Of a stretch of 64,000 nt of DNA, positions 22,365-35,154 are shown in pieces. Under the pieces are notes generated by a model. It saw only the letters and a list, made by a program, of their open reading frames with translations. It did not search any database and was not told the DNA's origin. Position numbers and translations under genes: made by a program. The DNA comes from Takakia lepidozioides. Its lineage: Eukaryota > Plantae > Bryophyta. Position 1 is the first letter of the stretch. The number at the start of each line of letters is the position of its first letter. Location of the stretch: positions 1,426,001-1,490,000 of the forward strand of contig CM060734.1 in the NCBI GenBank assembly GCA_030704615.1. The letters are read 5' to 3'.

Positions 22365-24270
22365 CTATAACAATTGAAAAAATGTCTGTAGTGCACAAAG
22401 CATAAACGTATGGTTGCCACAAAAAGCTATGGGTAATTTCTTGTAAGCCTGCGGGGCTTGCAAGCATCGCTCAAGAGAAAAGATCCGCTCTGTTGTTTCG
22501 TCCCTATGCCACTGCGTAAGTAATATTGCGAGCGTATAGTCTGTTAGTTCCTCCATAGCTTCAAAGCTATAGCATTGATGGTTTGTCCCGTTGAGACGCC
22601 CGTTACTCAGAACGACGCCGACTCTTGCGCTTAATTTCCCTCCAATTTCTTGATCCCTTCTCTGGCTTTCTATTGGCTGTAACCGTTGTGACTGGATTTT
22701 AGATTTAATTTTCTTTAGTGGACTTTCCCTGCTGGACTGTCCACTATGATAACACATGTGACAAGAATTTCGCTTTTCTGTACTTGCCGTTTGTTCTGTT
22801 GCCCCTTTTCTGTATTCATTAATGGGCCCGCCATTCATCCAATTTGACGCACTGATTAGGCAATTTGACGCACTGATTAGGTATTTTGACGACCATTCTT
22901 GTCCCCTTTCTTGATGACATCCGTTCTTGCACTTCCTTCTCAGCTGTGTGTTGCGCCTTGACTTCCACGTGTCCCTTTGTAAAGTGGCTTCCGTCCTTTC
23001 TTCCACCGGCCATTTCACTGAAGTTATCCTGCGTCCACCTGTCACTGATTCTATGGATTGTGTAACCCTAGTAGGCTGTGTTAAGCTGTGATACGCTGTG
23101 TCATACTGTGGTATGCCGTGATAGGTTGTGATACACTGTGGTAAGCTGTGATAGGCTGTGATGCACTGTGGTAAGCTGTGATAAGTTGTGACATGCTGTG
23201 GTAAGCTGTGATAGGCTGTGATGCGCTGTGGTAAGCTGTGATAGGTTGTGACACGCTGTGGTAGGTCGTGATAGACTGTGTTGCGTCGTGCTGGGTTGTG
23301 ATATGTTGTGTCACGTCGTGATGGGCTGTGATAGGCTGTGTCACATCGTGATGGGCTGTGATAGGCTGTGTCACATCGTGATGGGCTGTGATAGGCTGTG
23401 TCACGCCGTGATGGGCTGTGATAGGCTGTGTCTCGCTTGTTCTGCCCGCCCTGGTCATATATGCTCGGCCTAGCGACAAGTGCTCCATACTCCGTTGGTA
23501 ACACTGGCGCAGCCCGTGACTGCTTTTGCTTTTCAACATGCAAATCATGCTGCAATGGTTTGTCATGGATACCACTGTACCCCTTCAACTTATTAGCATT
23601 GACTCTTCCCAGCATCTCTTTGTTAATGATTTGTAACATGGCGGTGTTGTTATCATACATCTTTTGTATGACATAAGGTCCTTTCCATGGTGATTTAAGC
23701 TTAGAAGCTTTAATCTTTCCCTTCTTCTGCAACCATAGAACCAAATCTCCCGTCTTAAAAGTCTTTAACTTGCCTTCATCAAACTGTTCCTTCCTCTTCA
23801 TCTGAATTCTGGTCATATTATCAGCTGCATCAGCACGTACTTCTTTCACATGGTATAATTCATGTTCCTGACTTTAATGGAATCTTGCAATTTCATTCTC
23901 TTTCCCCATTCCGTTCTCATGGTAGGTAACAGGAATTCCACTGGAAGTAAGGCTTCCATACCATAAACTAATTGGAATGGTGTATACTTAGTGGTGACTT
24001 TATATGAAGTCTTGTATGACCACAAAGCTGTCAGCAGCTTTGTATCCCAATCCGTTCTGTTTGCATTGACTATCTTAGCCAAGATAGTACATAGTATTTT
24101 GTTGGTAGCCTCTGCCTGCCCATTACCCTGTGGGTAATATGTTGTACTCTTCCTATGCACAATCATGAACTCTTTAGTCAACAATTCAATGGTCTCATTA
24201 ATGAAGTGACTTCCTTGATCACTGATAAATTCCAAGGGACAGCCAAATCGTGTAAGTATGTTCTCATACA
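22365..24270 (-). pseudogene. Integrase core/C-terminus with a long in-frame extension
   Basis: ORFs 23846-24235 and 22365-23849 (GPY/F motif KLKSPWKGPYVI, then repeats, a degenerate zinc knuckle and a conserved DYTLAILLTQW block). Confidence 0.85.
23080..23432. repeat. 30-bp tandem repeat (~11 units) inside the post-integrase frame (TAYHSPSRCD/TAYHSLPQ)
   Basis: GCTGTGATAGGCTGTG periodicity; shorter versions at ~25280-25385 and ~39110-39210. Confidence 0.9.
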
Positions 24271-27200
24271 GAGGAAGAGAATAGCTATCAAGGCTTTACT
24301 CTACACTATGATAGGTGGCAGATTGTATAAGCTAGGGCCTGATGGAGTTCTTAAACGATGCTTGTACCACCATGAAGTAAATAAAGTTTTGGAAGAAGTT
24401 CATAAAGGAGTGGCTGGAGGTCATTTTGGAGAGGAGACTGCCAGCAGAAAAATACTACTTGCAGGTTACTGGTGGCCTACTCTGTTTAAAGATGTGCACA
24501 AGTATTGCAAAAGTTGTGATGAGTGTCAGAGGCTAGGACCTTTGCAAAGATCTGGAAAGATGGCTTTGTATCCAACGATGCCTACTGAACCATTTCAGAA
24601 ATGGGGACTAGACTTTGTTGGACCAATAAACCCACCAGCCAGAAATACACATAACAAGTATATAATCACAACCACTGATTATACTACAAAGTGGGTGGAA
24701 GCTAAGGCACTGAGGGACAACACAGCTAAGTCTACAGCAAGGTTCATGTATGAGAACATACTTACAAGATTTGGCTGTCCCCTGGAATTTATCAGTGACC
24801 AGGGAAGTCACTTCATTAATGAGACCATAGAATTATTGACTAAAGAGTTCATGATTGTGCACATGAAGAGTACAACCTATTACCCATAGGGTAATGGGCA
24901 GGCAGAGGCCACCAACAAAATACTATGCACTATCTTGGCTAAGATAGTCAATGCAAACAGAACGGATTGGGATACAAAGTTGCTGACAGCTTTGTGGTCA
25001 TACATGACTTCATATAAAGTCACCACTAAGTATACACCATTCCAATTAGTTTATGGTACGGAAGCTTTACTTCCAGTGGAATTCTTGTTACCTACCATGA
25101 GAACTGAATGGGGAAGGAGAATGGAATTGGAGGATTCAATTAAAGTCAGGAAACATGAATTATATCATGTGGAAGAAGTACGTACTGATGCAGCAGATAA
25201 CATGACCAGAATTCAGCATGAGGCACTTGTCGTAAAGCCAAATGTGTATGGCCTGAACGTAGAACACGGGTGTTCACACAGTCATCACAGCCCACCACAG
25301 TGTGACACAGCCTATCACAGCCCATCACAGCATTACACAGCCCACCACAGTTTGATACAACCTGTCACAGCCCAACACAGCCCACGCGGGTTGCACAATC
25401 CATAGGATCAGTGACAGGTGGACGCGGGTTAACGTTAGAAAAGTGGCCGGTAAGTGTAAGGTCAGCTTGGGAGTCAAACTCGGAGAAAAAACCACGTGGA
25501 CAGAGGACGACGGAAGAGTGTTTGAGTTTGAACACGTGGCCTAAGGGGCAAAGCACTCCACATTGCATGAACTGCAATAGCGGGTGTCTTATGCAAAAAG
25601 ACAAATTGGGCCGTCGAAGTACCTACCCTGTACAGTAGCCAAAATTAATTGCGGGCCCATTAATGCATCCAGGAAACAAGTAACGGAACCCATTACACGT
25701 ACAACAAAGGGGGACCTTTGCCACATGTGCTGTCCTAGTGGACATTCCAGGTGGGAATGTCCACTGATGGGGGTAGAATTTAGAAGTTACCTGAGGAGGC
25801 AGCAGCCAATTAGGGGGGAGAATTTCATGCAGGTGTTCCCTCCAAGAAACAAGAACAAGAAATTAGAGGAGTTATGAGCGGAAGAGTCGGGGTGGCTCCG
25901 AGTAACCAGCATCTCGACGGGAGGGGCAATCAAATCTATAGCTTTGTAGCTATGGCGGATATTACAGACTATACACTAGCTTTACTTCTCACGTAGTGGC
26001 GCAAGGACGGACGGGTTGAAAGGACATTCTCTCTCATCCACTATCTGCAAGCCCCACAGGCTTACACGCACTTACCCGTTCCTTTCTGTGCCAACCATAC
26101 CTTTATGCTCTATGCCCTGCAAACTTTCCTACAACTATTTCAAACAAGGCCTTATTGTTTGTCTGGGATGAAGAGATTTCGGGGAATGGAGGATATCAGG
26201 GTGAAGAGCACCACGATTCTGCAGAAGCAAACAATTGCTACACCACATGCAGTGCAGCTGCTGAAGGAGTTGCGATTGGAAAGGCTATTACGCAAGGAAT
26301 GGTCCTTGCATCAGTGGAAGTACATGATTCAATTCATTCAGAACTTTAAGCCCCGGACAAGAGTTACACAGGTGAGGGGAGTAGATATAGAGATTACTCC
26401 CCAGTACTTGCAGCAATTGTTTGAATTGCCATCGGGCCGTGTGAATGTGGATGAGCACAAGGCAAGATTGCAAATAGGGAATTTGTTCCAAGAAGCGAGT
26501 TTCCTTAAGACTCAAGGATACACCTGCACCAAGGCTGAGTACCCAAGGTTAAGGGAAGTTGGCCAAATACTGAACATTCTGTTTGCCATGAAGCAGAACC
26601 AACAGTACCTTAGCAGATCATTCACGGAGGAGATACTGAAAGCCTTGAGGGGAGATAATGTAGCTTGGGCGGAGTTAATGTACAATGGTCTGGTGGAAGA
26701 GATGAAGCGGTTACAAGGCACTGCTGCTAAGTCTCAAATCATTGTGTCTGGCCCAGTAATTGCGCAAATTATCTTTGATTTTTGTTTGTTTGATGCGCGA
26801 AAACGCAAGGAAATATGAGTGTTTGAGACAGCAACTACTGCAATTGAGGAGCAGGGTTCTTCACAAGGTGAACGGGGATTGGAAAGGCAACACCAGTCCA
26901 AGAGACAAAAGCGGGATACGACTGTAGTGGCAGATCCACTAGCTTCAAGGAAACCGCAAGATGATGTTTCCATAGCTCTTGTGCAGGATAGGGAACAGCA
27001 GCACATAGGGCTGTTACTGTTGGAAGCACGACCCTTGAAAAGAGAGAAAGAAGTCACTTCAATGCCACAGCCACCACAACCAATTGACTCGGTTGCCCCA
27101 AGGGTAACTCACATTGTGCATGTTGTCACACCAGAGCCTAATGTTGTGGAAGGAGAAGGGTTGGACATTCCCACTACAGAGCAGGTAGTGACAGACATTG

Positions 27201-27538
27201 AGAAGGGTGACCTTCTCTATGAGAACTCTGGCATGGTTGGAGAACCAGTAGTACCAAAGATGCAGAGTTTGACCAAGGAAATCCCTGCTGTGCATGTCAT
27301 GCCCAAACCTGTGAAGGAGGTTCCAGGGGTAGAATGTAAAAGCACTGCAGCACCTGTGGAAAATGAGGTCGTTGAGGAAGAAGATCTTGTGGGAACATGA
27401 CCTGAATAGTTGGTGAAACATCACACTGTGGAGAATCAGGGGGACCATCAACAAGTTTCCCATGAAGACCCCCAACAGGCCATGCTTATGAGTTCCATAA
27501 GCATGACACTCAATTTATTGGGCACTTATGTAAAATCC
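24271..27538 (+). mobile_element. Second, truncated copy of the same Gypsy family (integrase to mid accessory ORF), no LTRs
   Basis: ORFs 24155-24889 (HHCC and core: GGHF...CKSCDEC...WGLDFVGP), 24935-25405, 25584-25877, 26105-26818 and 26819-27400 are homologous to the minus-strand copy. Confidence 0.9.
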
Positions 27539-28322
27539 TCGCTCTTTTTTGTTTTTTAAAATAATGAAGCGACCGCCACTACAGTGGTCGCTCATTTTCG
27601 TTTCTTTATTTTAAAAATGAAGCGACCGCCATATGGAATCGATCTTAGCGGCGGTCGCTCCTTTAAGGTTTTTTTTAATAAAGAAAAAATTAAATAGTTA
27701 AATTTTAAAATAAGTTTTTTTTAATTTAAAAAAAATGAAGCGACCGCCAATACAGCGGTCGCTCCTTTAGTTTTTTTAATTAAAAAAATTAAAAAAAAAA
27801 TTATTTCTTAAAAAAAATGAAGCGACCGCCCGATGGCGGTCGCTCTTTCTCACTTTTAAAAAAAACTGAAGCGACCGCCAATGTGGCGGTCGATCCTACA
27901 AGTTATTATTATTATTATTATTAAAATAATAAAATAAATAAAGTTTTAATATTTTAAAAAATAAAGTTTTTTTAAAGAAAAAAATGAAGCGACCGCCCTA
28001 TGGCAGTCGCTCTTTTTCGATTCTTAAGAAATTGAAGCGACCGCCATTACGGCGGTAGCTCCTTAAAAGAAAATTAAAAAAATTAAAAAAATAAATATTA
28101 TTAAAAAATCTAAAAGTGAAGCGACCATCCTATGGCGGTCGTTCTTTTTTGTTTTTTTTAAATGAAGCGACCGCCAATACGGCGGTCGCTCTTTTAGGTA
28201 TTTGTTTTAAATGAAACGACCACCATATGGTGATCGCTCTTTTTGGTATTTATAAAAGATGATGCGACCGCCCAATAGCGATCGCTCTTTTTTGTTTTCT
28301 TTAAAAATGAAGCGACCGCCTA
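27539..28322. repeat. AT-rich array of short palindromes AAGCGACCGCC-N(3-7)-GGCGGTCGCT (DNA-transposon subterminal type)
   Basis: About a dozen visible copies separated by A/T runs. Confidence 0.9.
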
Positions 28323-28712
28323 TACGACAACGACACGATAGTTCCAAAAAATTTGCTACTTATGAACATAAAGCGGCTTCCGCTACGTGATGCTCCAGCC
28401 TCCTGGAACAACTCACACGTGTAGTCATCTACCTTGCAAAGTCTTGGCGACCACTGCCTCCACCAAGCGGTTGATGGAGTCTTCGGAAAGCTCCGTGGTC
28501 GCCGTTGTCATGTTCAACTGTCGGGGTTTCGGGCACTTTTTGGCCATGTGCCTAGTCTGCCCGCAATTAAAGTACACACCATCAAAGGTCGTTCTGCCCG
28601 CTATGTGCCGTCGTACCTATTTTTGCTTTTGGAGCACCGGGTGCCGCCCTGGCGTGCGAAGGCCCTCCCTTCGATCTCCAATTGTCATTGCCACTGTGTG
28701 GTTTATTCCAAC
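28323..28712 (-). pseudogene. Isolated chromovirus gag/protease-junction fragment
   Basis: Minus strand WRSKGGPSHARAAPGAPK...[36 protein letters not shown] aligns with ~16380-16770. Confidence 0.9.
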
Positions 28713-31700
28713 AGGTCCAGGAGTCATACGAGATGAAACAAAATTCATTCGATTGGACAACGGATGGTTGGCCATCTAAATGATTTTTGTTTCCTTTCAA
28801 ACTTTGCCAGTATGTTCGGCACGCCGTCCCATAGGTCCCGTACGAGTATGACATCAATCGAAATTCGTTCAATGGCCCAACGGACGGTTGCCCATCCAGA
28901 TGAGTTTGGTTTGCTTTCAAATTTTGCCAGTATGTTCAACATACCATAAGACGGATCCCAGTGTAATATGAGATGAAACGAAATTTGTTTGATGAGCCAA
29001 CGGATGGATGCCCATCCAAATGATTTTGGTTCGCTTCAAACTTCCGCAGCGTCTTCAGTATACCGTCTCACAGGTCCCTGAGTAATATAAGATGAAACGA
29101 AATTTGTTCAATGGACCAACGGCGCGTTCACCTATTATGAAGTTCTGCTCATTGCGAAAAAGAATGGCGGTCGAATGGTTGACCATCCAAATGATTTTTG
29201 TTTGCTTTCAAACTTTGCCACTATGTTTAACATACCATGTATCAGGTCCCGGAATAATATGAGATGAAACGAAATTCATTCGATGGCTGAACAAATGGTT
29301 GCCCATCCAGATGATTTTGGTTCGCTTTCAGATTTTGCCAGTGTGTTCAATGTACCATCTAAGCGGTCCCAGAGTAATATGAGATGAAACGAAATTCGTC
29401 CAATGGGCCAACGGAGGGTTGCCTATCCAAATGATTTTCATTTGTTTCGAAACTTGGCCAGTATGTCCAATATACCATCTGACAAGTCCTAGAGTAATAT
29501 GAGATCAATCGAAATTCGTTCAATGGGCCAATGAGGCGTTCACGTGTCATTCAATTTTGTCCATTGCGATAAAGAAATCCTATCGTGGGTGAACGGGTAA
29601 TGCACCCATTGAACGGATGAGGTTGAGGCCCATCTTTTGCCCACATATGCTTGAATATGTGTGCAACACATGTGCAGAGAAACAAGAGAAGCAACAAACA
29701 TTTGTCTCCCCAACCACGCCCTCGCCCTTCCACCAATTTGCAATTAAATTGAGTTTAAATAAATTTCAAGCAAATAAATAGGTTTACACTGTCTTTGATT
29801 GGTGTTTCCTGCTACATAACAATTTTATTTTTGGCTCAATCTTGTTCTCTGGCTACATCCCTGCAAAACATTGGACCAAACAAAAACGAAAATTTTAAAA
29901 AATGTTCTTTTCGCTCACTATTGCTGAACTCTCTATGAAAAGTGCATGAAGTAGAAGTCAAATCAAGTTTGGAGTGCAAATTAGGGGAAAAACTGTGGTT
30001 TTGGGTCCTAATGACTTTTGTTCGCTATGAAATTTGGCACGCACGTTGCATGTGCCGTCATTAGACATATGGCTAAAGAAAAGAATGAAAAAAAAAATAT
30101 CATGTGCACCCGAAAAGCCATCCAACAGGTCCCAGAGTAATATCACACCAAACGAAAATCATCCAACGGTTGAACGGATGGTTGTCCATCCAAATCATTT
30201 TTGTTTGCTTTGAAACTTTGCCAGTACGTTCGGTACACCCTCTCACAAGTCCCGGACTAATATGAGATCAATCAAAATTCATTCGATGGCTGAACGGATG
30301 GTTGCCCATCCGAACGATTTTGGTTCGCTTTCAGACTTTACAAGTGTGCTCAATGTACTATCTAAGAGGTCCCAGAGTAATATGAGATGAAACCAAATTT
30401 GTCCAATGGACCAACGGATGGTTGCCTATCCAAATGATTTTCGTTCGCTTCGAGACTTGGCCAGTATGTTCCATGTACCATCTAACATGTCCCAGAGTAA
30501 TATGAAATCAATCTAAATTTGTTCAATAGGCCAATGAGGCGTTCGTATGTCATCCAATTTTGTTCATTGCGAAAAAAAAATCTTGTCATGGGTGAACGGT
30601 CAATACACCCATTGAACGGATGAGGTTGAGGCCCATCTTTTGCCCGCATGTGCTTGAATATGTGTGCAACACATGTGCGGAGAAACAAGAGAAGCAACAA
30701 ACAGTTGCCTCCCCAACCACGCCCTCGCCCTTCCACCAATTTTCAATTAAATTACGTTTAAATGAATTTCAAGCAAATAAATAGGTTTACATTGTCTTTG
30801 ATTGGGGTTTTCTGCTACGTAACGGTTTTATATTTTGCTCGATCTTGTTCTCCGGCTTCAACCCTCACACCGCTACATTCCTACAAAAATTTCGACCAAA
30901 CAAAAATGATTTTTTTTTAAAGTGTTGTATTCGCTCGCTATTGCAGAACTCTCGATGAAGAGTGCATGAAGTAGAAGTCAAATCAAGTTTGGAGTGCAAA
31001 TTAGGGAAGAAACTGTGGTTTAGGGACTAATGACTTTTGTTTGCTATGAAATTTTGCACGCACGTTGCATATGCCGTCATTAGACATATGGCTAAAAAAT
31101 GGAATGAAAAAAAAATCATGTGCACCCGAAACGCCGTCCAACAGGTCCCAAAGTAATAGCACATCAAACGAAATTCATCCAACAGTTGAACGAATGGTTG
31201 CCCATCCAAATCATTTTTGATTGCTTTGAAACTTTGCCAGTACGTTCGGTACACCCTCTCACAGGTGCCGAACTTATATGAGATCAATCGAAATTCATTC
31301 GATGGCTGAACGGATGGTTGCCCATCCGAACGATTTTGGTTCGCTTTCAGACTTTGCCAGTGTGCTTAGTGTACCATGTAAAAGGTCCCAGAGTAATATG
31401 AGATGAAACGAAATTCGTCAAATGGGCCAACAAATCGTTGCCTATCCAAATGATTCTCGTTCGCTTCGAAACTTGGCCAATATGTCCAATGTATCATCTA
31501 ACAGGTCCCAGAGTAATATGAAATCAATCGAAATTCATTCAATAGGCCAATGAGGCGTTCATATGTCATCCAATTTTGTTCATTGCGAAAAAAAAATCTT
31601 GTCATGGATGAACGGTCAATACACCCATTGAACGGATGACGTTGAGACCCATATTTTGCTTGCATGTGCTTGAATATGTGTGCAACACATGTGCGGATAA

Positions 31701-33565
31701 CCAATAGAAGAAACAAACATTTGTCTCTTCAACCATGCCTTCGCCCTTCCACCAATTTTCAATTAAATTGAGTTTAAATGAATTTCAAACAAATAAATAG
31801 GTTTACATTGTCTTTGATTGGGGTTTTCTGCTACGTAATGATTTTATTTTTTGCTCAATCTTGTTTTGTGGCTTCTACCTTTCCACCGCTACATCCCTAC
31901 AAAATTTTGGACCAAACAAAATAAAAATTTCTAAAAGTTCTCTCTTCGCTCGCTATTGCAGAACTCTCTATGAAGAATGCATGAAGTAGAAGTCAAATCA
32001 TGTTTGGAGTGCAAATTAGGGAAGAAACTGTGGTTTTGGGTCCTAATGACTTTTGTTCGCTATGAAATTCGGCACGTTCGTTGCGTATACCGTCATTAGA
32101 CATATGGCTAAAAAACGGAATGAAAAAAAAAATCATTTGCACCCGAAACGCCGTCCAATAGGTCCCAAAGTAATAGCACATCAAACGGAATTCATCCAAC
32201 GGTTGAACGGATGGTTGCCCATCCAAATCATTTTTGTTTATTTTCAAACTTTGCCAGTACGTTTGGTACACCTTGTCACAGATCCCGGACTAATATGAGA
32301 TCAATCCAAAATTCATTCGATGGCTGAAAGGATGGTTGCCCATCTGAACGATTTTGGTTCGCTTTCAGACTTTGCCAGTGTGCTCAATATACCATCTAAG
32401 AGGTCCAAGAGTAATATGAGATAAAACAAAATTCGTCAAATGGGCCAACAGATCGTTGCCCATCCAGATGATTTTCGTTCGCTTCAAGACTTGGCCACTA
32501 TGTCCAATGTACCATCTGACAGGTCCAGAGTAATATGAAGTCAATCGAAATTCATTCAATGGGCCAATGAGGCATCCATGTGTCATCCAATTTTGTTCAT
32601 TGCGAAAAAAAAATCCTGGCATGGGTGATTGGCCAATGCACCCATTGAACGGATGATGTTAAGGCCCATCTTTTGCCCACATGTGCTTGAATATGTGTGC
32701 AACACATGTGCGGAGAACCAATAGAAAAAACAAACATTTGCCTCCCCAACCACGCCCTCGCCCTTCCACCAATTTTCAATTAAATTGAGATTAAACGAAT
32801 TTCCAAATAAATATGTTTACATTGTCTTTGATTGGGGTTTTCTGCTACGGAATGATTTTATTTTTTGCTCGATCTTGTTCTGTGGCTTCTACCTTCCCAC
32901 CGCTACATCCCTACAAAATTTTGGACCAAACAAAAATGATTTTTTTTTTAAGTGTTCACTTTGCTCACTATTGCAGAACTCTCTATGAAGAGTGTATAAA
33001 GTAGAAGATAAATCAAGTTTGGAGTGCAAATTACGGAAAAAACTGTGGTTTTGGGTCCTAATGACTTTTGTTCGCTATGAAAATTGGCACGCACGTTGCA
33101 TATGCCGTCATTAGACATATGACTAAGAAACGGAATGAAAAAAAAAATCATGTGCACCCGAAACGCCGTCCAACAGGTCCTAGAGTAATAGCACATCAAA
33201 CGGAATTCATCCAACGGTTGAACGGATGGTTGCCCATCCAAATCATTTTTGTTTATTTTCAAACTTTGCCTGTATGTTTGGTACACCTTCTCACAGATCC
33301 TGGACTAATATGAGATCAATCCAAAATTCATTCAATGGCTGAACAAGTGGTTGCTCATCCGAACGATTTTGATTCGCTTTTAGACTTTGTCAGTGTGCTC
33401 AATGTACCATCTAAGAGGTCCCAGAGTAATATGAGATGAAACGAAATTAGTCCAATGGGCCAACGGATGGTTGTCTATCCAAATGATTTCATTCGCTTCA
33501 AGACTTGGCCAGTATGTCCAATGTACCATCTGACAGGTCCCAGAGTAATATGAGATCAATCAAAA
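28713..33565. repeat. Hierarchical tandem repeat: ~120-bp subunits (GTAATATGAGATGAAACGAAATTC...GGTTGCCCATCC) and four ~1.0-kb higher-order units
   Basis: Landmark CCCTTCCACCAAT at 29725, 30728, 31744 and 32761 (periods 1003, 1016, 1017). Confidence 0.95.
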
Positions 33566-34094
33566 TTATATTGTGCTTCATTAACTTTGTGGGTATGTTC
33601 TTCATACGTAGATCGAATTTTCGACATGATTATGAAATACGACACTAGGCGAAATTTGTCAGGAAGACGAGCGTTCGTAACTCATTATAACTTATTGGTT
33701 AACATCCATTTTTCTTGTTGCCCATCTTTCGGAGTTCATTGCAGATACCCACATACACGTCATGACAAAATATTACACCATTGTAAATTTGAGGGTGAAC
33801 CACTTATTCCACATCACATGAGTGCAAAACCGGAAGAAAATGCGTTACGCTGTTCATGCAATTGAAATTTGTAGGTGCCGCACATGTGTATCAACAAAAT
33901 TGGTGCATATACAAAATTGACGGAGTGCTATCAGTGTGTTCCAGAAATTCAAGGTACAACAAAAATCCACATTGTCTATGTACTACGTTGCTACTCATTC
34001 AAATCCTCGTCGTCACTGTCCGGGGACAAGGGATTTGATGTTGTGGCCTGATTTGCACTGCCAATATGGATAGCCTGGGACCGTGATCTTGTGG

Positions 34095-34641
34095 TCAATG
34101 AGGGGCCCAATGACATGTGATCAATTCTGACCAGCATCCGCTTACTTTGCGGCGAAAGTTGACTTTCTTGCAGAATCTCACAACGTGACGAGGGTCAAAG
34201 ACGTCCGTAATTCCGGCAATGATGCGGTCAATACTGCGATCTGGCACTGTAAACTCCGCGGACATGTCTACGTCGTTCGTTCGAACGTCATTGTGGATAG
34301 TGCCTTCATTGTTTCGAGGCGTGTTTTGCAATGTACCCTCCAACTCGGCTATGCGCAGTTTGTCATTCCACAAGGTCCTACAGGGTTCGGACTCGCTGTT
34401 TTGTTTCTACCAGTTCATCCTCTAACGTTCCAGATACTTGTTGCACCGGTGTCTCGGGCACGCCTAGTATCATAGCCTGGGGTACCGGTGCCTCGCGCAT
34501 GCCCAGTATCGTAGCCGGGGGTGTTCCAAACGTGTTCGGGATGTCGACGAAATGGTATTGCATCGTTGCGTTCCTCCTACTAGCAGTTTGCCAATTCACT
34601 GGACGCAACAGTATCACCTCCACATACAACATGACTGCCAA
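34095..34641 (-). pseudogene. Degenerate ORF of unknown function inside the repeat block
   Basis: Adjacent ORFs 34378-34641 and 34095-34373 with a short coiled-coil-like stretch (LEDELVETKQRVRTL / DKLRIAELEGTL); non-repetitive sequence. Confidence 0.3.
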
Positions 34642-35154
34642 TGTGTACGAGATTTAGCCCTTTAAAAGTGGTTCACCCCACAATGTGTAATGCACCTCAG
34701 TCGCCCTATGTTGGAAATGCAAGTTAATGCAAGACCTGAAGTCCGCGCAATTGTTTCTGATTTGCACCACATGCCTAGGTCTAGGCTACAATTGATTGAT
34801 GTGACACCATTTTACGAATTTTTTGCATCTCGTGCTCGGCCACCTGAACTCTTCCGAAAAATCCGCTCATCCATCTTCGGCTAGTATGCTAAGGTCATCA
34901 TATACTTCCCAATTCAAGTCATGCCTTGACCATTTGATTTTTTTAAGGGGCAGTCCATATTCATAGGGGTCATCTTTTCCATGACGCTCACCGTCCTGGC
35001 CGGCCTCTGCCATTTTGTAACAATCGGAGCAACCCTAAACGCCGGGCTATGGGAGCATTCTGCAACGACTTCACAGAAATTGCGGCAAACAAATCCCCCC
35101 CAGCCAATGGCCTCCTTCTCCACGTGACTACGTGTCGTGAAATAGTTACATGTC

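Larger units (their letters stand above)
10599..24270 (-). mobile_element. 3' half of a non-chromoviral Ty3/Gypsy element (integrase C-part, long accessory ORF, PPT, 3' LTR), hosting a nested chromovirus
   Basis: Integrase core (EFISDQGSHF...YYPQGNGQAEATNK), PPT abutting the LTR, and an LTR matching 55420-56630. Confidence 0.9.

Noticed and set aside
24155-24270. N-terminus of ORF 24155-24889 and the similar chimeric ORFs 40020-40841 and 14109-14846
   Set aside because: These frames read across rearrangement or insertion junctions; their starts are antisense integrase, CACTA subterminal or LTR sequence.
27539-28322. Second CRISPR-like or terminator-like hairpin array
   Set aside because: Spacers are low-complexity A/T runs of irregular length; better explained as transposon subterminal repeats.
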